Shown in pieces: positions 59,801 to 64,000 of a stretch of 64,000 nucleotides of DNA (position 1 is the stretch's first letter; each line of letters starts with the position of its first letter). Under the pieces are notes generated by a model that searched no databases, had not been told where the DNA came from, and saw nothing but the letters and a program-made list of their open reading frames with translations. Source of the stretch: the human T2T-CHM13v2.0 reference genome, Homo sapiens. The translations under genes were made by a program, and so were the position numbers. Location of the stretch: NCBI RefSeq assembly GCF_009914755.1, contig NC_060938.1. One strand, given 5' to 3'.

Positions 59801-59982
59801 GAATAACAGATTTTGGAGACTCCAAAACTGGGAGGATGGGAGAGGGGTGAGGAAAACAATACCACCTACTGGGTATAATGTACATTTATTTGGGCGATGG
59901 GTACTAAAAGCCTGGACTTTACTAGTATGCAATATATCCATGTAACCCAGTTGTGCTAGTATCCCTAAATCTATTTTTTATT
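56867..59982 (+). mobile_element. 5'-truncated L1PB, interrupted at 58242-59174
   Basis: ORF2 3' half plus an L1PB-type 3'UTR. Perfect 15-bp TSD aagtccttcaccaga at 56852-56866 and 59983-59997. Confidence 0.93.
58242..59174 (-). mobile_element. 5'-truncated L1PA (~930 bp) nested antisense inside the L1PB
   Basis: TSD catgaacaggcatttttc (58224-58241) and cacgaataggcatttttc (59175-59192). Confidence 0.93.
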
Positions 59983-62139
59983 AAGTCCTTCACCAGACAG
60001 CTCATTGATAAATAAGCCTTGCTGAGGAAATTCCTTGCTCCATTCTGATCACTCTCATCTTCTCACCAGCTCCCCTTTTCTTATCTCCTGTTTCTAGTTT
60101 CTGTCCCTCCCATTCATAAAGTAACTATCATTCACATTTTAACTCACTCTTTCATTAATATACTCTGTGCCAAGCACTAGGATAAACACCTTTTTCTAGG
60201 ATCCTATTGTCCAAAATCAACTAAGACCTTAATTTTCTCCAAGGACCTTTCTCTGACATGGTAGACAAAATGTTGATATTGTACCTGCCTGCATTATTTA
60301 ACCAAGATGTTGCCTTTCATATTACCTTATAGGTCTGACACATAGTAACACCCAGATAACATTATATTAAATGCATATATGCACACACACACTCTTATAC
60401 ATATACATCTATATGTATACATCAACAAATATATATAAATTCATATACCCAGACATGACTCAGTATCCATATTAACAGTTGGAATGACTTGCATATTTTT
60501 CACTGAATTGAATATGTATTAGTCACGTGATTACCATATTTAATCCAGGTTATAAACTGCTTAATGGTTATTCCTGTTTTTAATCACCACTCTCTGGCAG
60601 TTAGTATTAATTTGATGTTATTTGTCAGTAAAGGCAATATGAGTGTGGGCTCTGGAGCCACACTCTTTGGCCTTAAATTTTGGCTCAACCACATGTTAGC
60701 TGTTTACCCAGCATGGAAAACTCTTGTACAAAAAGTGAGCAAATTAATTCCACTGCATTACTAGTGGAAGAAAGATGGAGTCTATGCCAGTTCTCTGTAC
60801 TAGTGTTTATGGAAATGAATTAGTACATTGTTGTTAGTTGCCTGATTTAACAGCTTGACCTAGCTACAGGGCTAACATGACGGCAGCTGGGGCAGAAAGC
60901 CTCAGAATTCAGAGATGTCCTCCACAAAAGGAACCTTAACTAAGTGTGTGACCCAGTGCCTCAGGAATTCACACCCTGTTGTGGAATTCTGCTGCAACCA
61001 ATTCATACACGTTTGAAGCCAAAGATGCCATGCACTAAGTGCACCAAGCAGACTGTTCCCCAAGTATAATTCACATTTGGAAGTGCATTAATCATGGCCA
61101 TTGGTTATTATAGTACATTCCAAAATTAATTTCTGGAGGTGCCCCCTAGTGGTATTGGAGTTAAAAGCAGCTCTTCCATTGTCCCACCCCTGCCAAATAC
61201 CCAAGCTTTGGACCCGCGCATTTTGAAGGTTACAATTTACAGTCTGATTTAGTGGACTTTCAATTCACTAAATTAGTCTCCAAAGGAAAAGTGTGGTGAC
61301 CGTTTGTATTTCTACAGGAATTGAGACTATTGAGGGAGGGATATGTTAGAAACAAAAATAGCAATTGTGCACAATGCTTTACAATTATTATCCCATTCAA
61401 TTTTTTACATGACATAGATACTATTCTCTCAGCGAAGTTAAGCAACTTTCCTAGTAGTGAAACAGCTAGTAAGTGATGGAGTTAGGACAATAACAAAGGT
61501 CTATTTGACTCCAAAACCTCAGCTCTTGAACACCGTATGACTTCCACGTTCTCAAGGAGTCACTATCAAGTCCACTGGGGAATTTCATTCTACCTCCTGG
61601 CTCTAACGCTTCTTCCCTGACTATGCCTCTAATGTTGGCTGAAGGCCTCCACCTCGGGCTCTGTTTGGTTTCTGCACGGAGCTAAAATGCTGGCTTTTGA
61701 GGAACGGCTGAGCCAAGGTTTGTCATCTCTTTTGTCATTCAGTCCTCTGCATCAGTTTTTTTAAAAAGTGCCCAAGTCCTTATTTAACTGACTAAAACAC
61801 AAGTTAAATAAACAGTCACTGAGCTTTCTGGATTTACTGAGTCAACGTCTACATGTACTTTATAGACTTCTGCATATGCACAGTTTTCCAGATCATTTTG
61901 AAAAATTAGTTCCTTCATACCACATTATTATCAATGAATAAATAAGGGTTAGCTATTTCCCTACCAAACTCCTTCAGTCAATATCCTATGAGTTGGATAA
62001 ACTAAGTAGGATTCAAAACACTTGAAAAACAATGCAGAAGACAACCCTAGGGCTTAGTTTGTGGACTTTGTCTGTTTCCCTGGTGATTTCATCGGGTCCT
62101 ATGACTTTAGTTATCCACCATATGCTGATAACTGTCATA

Positions 62140-63480
62140 CATCTCCAGTTCCTCCAGTCACCTACTAACCATCTCCACGTGGATGTCTAACAGGCATCTT
62201 GTAATTAGCATGTTCAAAATGAACTCCAGATTCTCCCTCCACAGACTTGCTCCACCCACAATATTCTCCAGATCAGTGTTAAATCAAGTTTAGCCTAAGC
62301 CTGCCTTTTTACATATTTAAAGTTCAGCCTAAGGTTTCTCTGTCTATCATGAATTATTACCTAAAGGGAAGTGTAAACAGACTGCAGCCTACTCTTCTGC
62401 CAATCACCGAATTTTGGCCAATCCAATGTGGCCAACTGTTCAAACTGTGTTCAAATAAGGCAGATGCCAAACTATAACCAATCTGGCTGTTTTCTGTACC
62501 TGTCTTATGTTTTCTGTATGTCACTTTCCTTTTTCTGTCCATAAATCCTCTACTATGTGGCTGTGCTGGAGTCTCTGAGCCTACCCTGGCTCAGGAGGCT
62601 GCCTGATTCGCGAATCGTTCTTTGCTCAATTAAATTCTTCTAAATATAATTTGGCTAAAGTATTTTATTTTTATCATCAGTGAATAGCAACTCCATCTTT
62701 CCAGTTACTCAGGCCAGAATCTTTGAAATCATGCTTGAGTTCTTTCTCTACTTCATGTCTACTATCCTGGTGTAAGCCCTGATCATATCTTACTCTAAAC
62801 ATTGCAATAGTCTCCCAACTGGTTTGCCTACAGTCTCTTCTCCAAGCAGTACCAGAATGCTCCTATTAAAATAAAAAATGGCTCATGTCACTCTTCTGTG
62901 CCTAATTTCTCAATGCCTTCCTATCTCCCTCACAGCAAAACCAAAGTCTCCTCAAAGAGCAGGCACACTGCTCCCCTCCTGCTGCATTCTACCTTCCCAT
63001 TAATCACCTCGTGCTCTGGTCTGGGATCCCTCTCCAACCCCACTGGCCTTCGTCGTGTTCCCTGGCCCAGGTACACCATCACTCCAGCGCCTTTACACAT
63101 GCTGCGCCTTGCCTGGGATCCTCACCTCACAAAGCCGCAGGGCTCACTGTTCACCTCCTTCACATCTTTGCACAAACATTAACTTCCATTACCTCCCCTT
63201 TATTCTATTTAATGTTGCAGCACCCCCATCTGAGTCCTTTCTATTCCTTCTGTCTGCTTTATTTTTCTTCATAGAATGGATCCCTTGGAACATGCTTTAT
63301 GATTTACTTGCTTATTTTATTTTATTTACTCTCTGTTGTTCCCACTAAGATGTCAGCTCCATGAGGGTATGGCAGGGATTTCTGTCTGTTTTATTTACTG
63401 ATGTCTCCCCAGGACCAAATATAGGACCTGACATATAAGAGGCACTCAGTAAATATTTGTTGACTGGAAGGATAAATGAG
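62140..63480 (+). mobile_element. L2 LINE interrupted by a MER57 LTR
   Basis: catctccacgtggatgtctaacaggcatct… resumes as tcagtgaatagcaactccatc… and ends ggcactcagtaaatatttgttga. Confidence 0.85.
62277..62676 (+). mobile_element. MER57-family (ERV1) solo LTR
   Basis: TG…CA termini, 4-bp TSD tcag at 62273-62276 and 62677-62680; matches the recalled MER57 consensus. Confidence 0.88.
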
Positions 63481-64000
63481 TTATATTCCCACTGACGCAG
63501 AATGTTGGTGTTGTGAACAGAAAATCGTATCTGGCATTTTGAACTATTCTAAGATCAATCTCTTTCACATTCCTACCAAATGTCCATTTTTTTTCTGGTT
63601 TCTTACCAAAATGGCTAACCATGGGGAAAGTTTTGGGCATTTGATCTAGTGAACAAATGTAGACTTCAATAAATGGCCACTGAGGAAGCCAAGACTTCCT
63701 AGGAGTTCTTATCCCCCATCAACTACCAAGCTATGGTAATGAAGGCATTTTTACTCACCCAATCCACGTCATCCCTTCTCCATGGAGGCAGAACCTAATC
63801 CTAATGTTCACACCTTTGAGACCATGTGCTCAGGAAATCACCAGGCCTGGTATGACTGGTTTAGTCGCCTGGTCTTATTCTCCTGGTTGTATGAGACATT
63901 GTATGAGACATGAGCAGATGACTTAATTTTAGTCTAATTTGATGGAGCTTTTGAGATGTTTATTTCCCTCCTGAAAACATGAATTCTTGGGCCTTATTTC

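Overview
Primate (most likely human) intronic DNA from the middle of the minus-strand gene SLC25A21, the mitochondrial 2-oxodicarboxylate carrier. From memory this is 14q13, just downstream of PAX9. Four coding exons were found by hand translation with canonical AG/GT ends: 47854-47920, 42856-42915, 38918-39025 and 24673-24837 (probably exons 4-7). They splice in frame to GLFGFYKG...PKRAVK|FFTFEQYKK...|TFAIAG...PFEVVK...|QPSTVG...IPVNK. None appears in the ORF track. The rest is intron rich in transposable elements: about 20 Alu/FLAM/FRAM copies, a full-length L1PA, a nested L1PB/L1PA pair, THE1, MER57, MLT1, MER5, MER33, MER91, L2, L3 and MIR. Repeat-free, motif-dense blocks are candidate long-range PAX9-region enhancers. 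The most unexpected signal is a ~61-bp mitochondrial ND6-like fragment (micro-NUMT) that resembles the ancestral mammalian ND6 peptide more than the human one. It sits inside an AluJ, was later split by the 6.2-kb L1PA whose target-site duplication is NUMT sequence, and the whole nest lies inside an ancient L3/CR1. Repeat subfamily names and reference sequences are recalled from memory, not searched. No evidence of a new multi-gene system was found.
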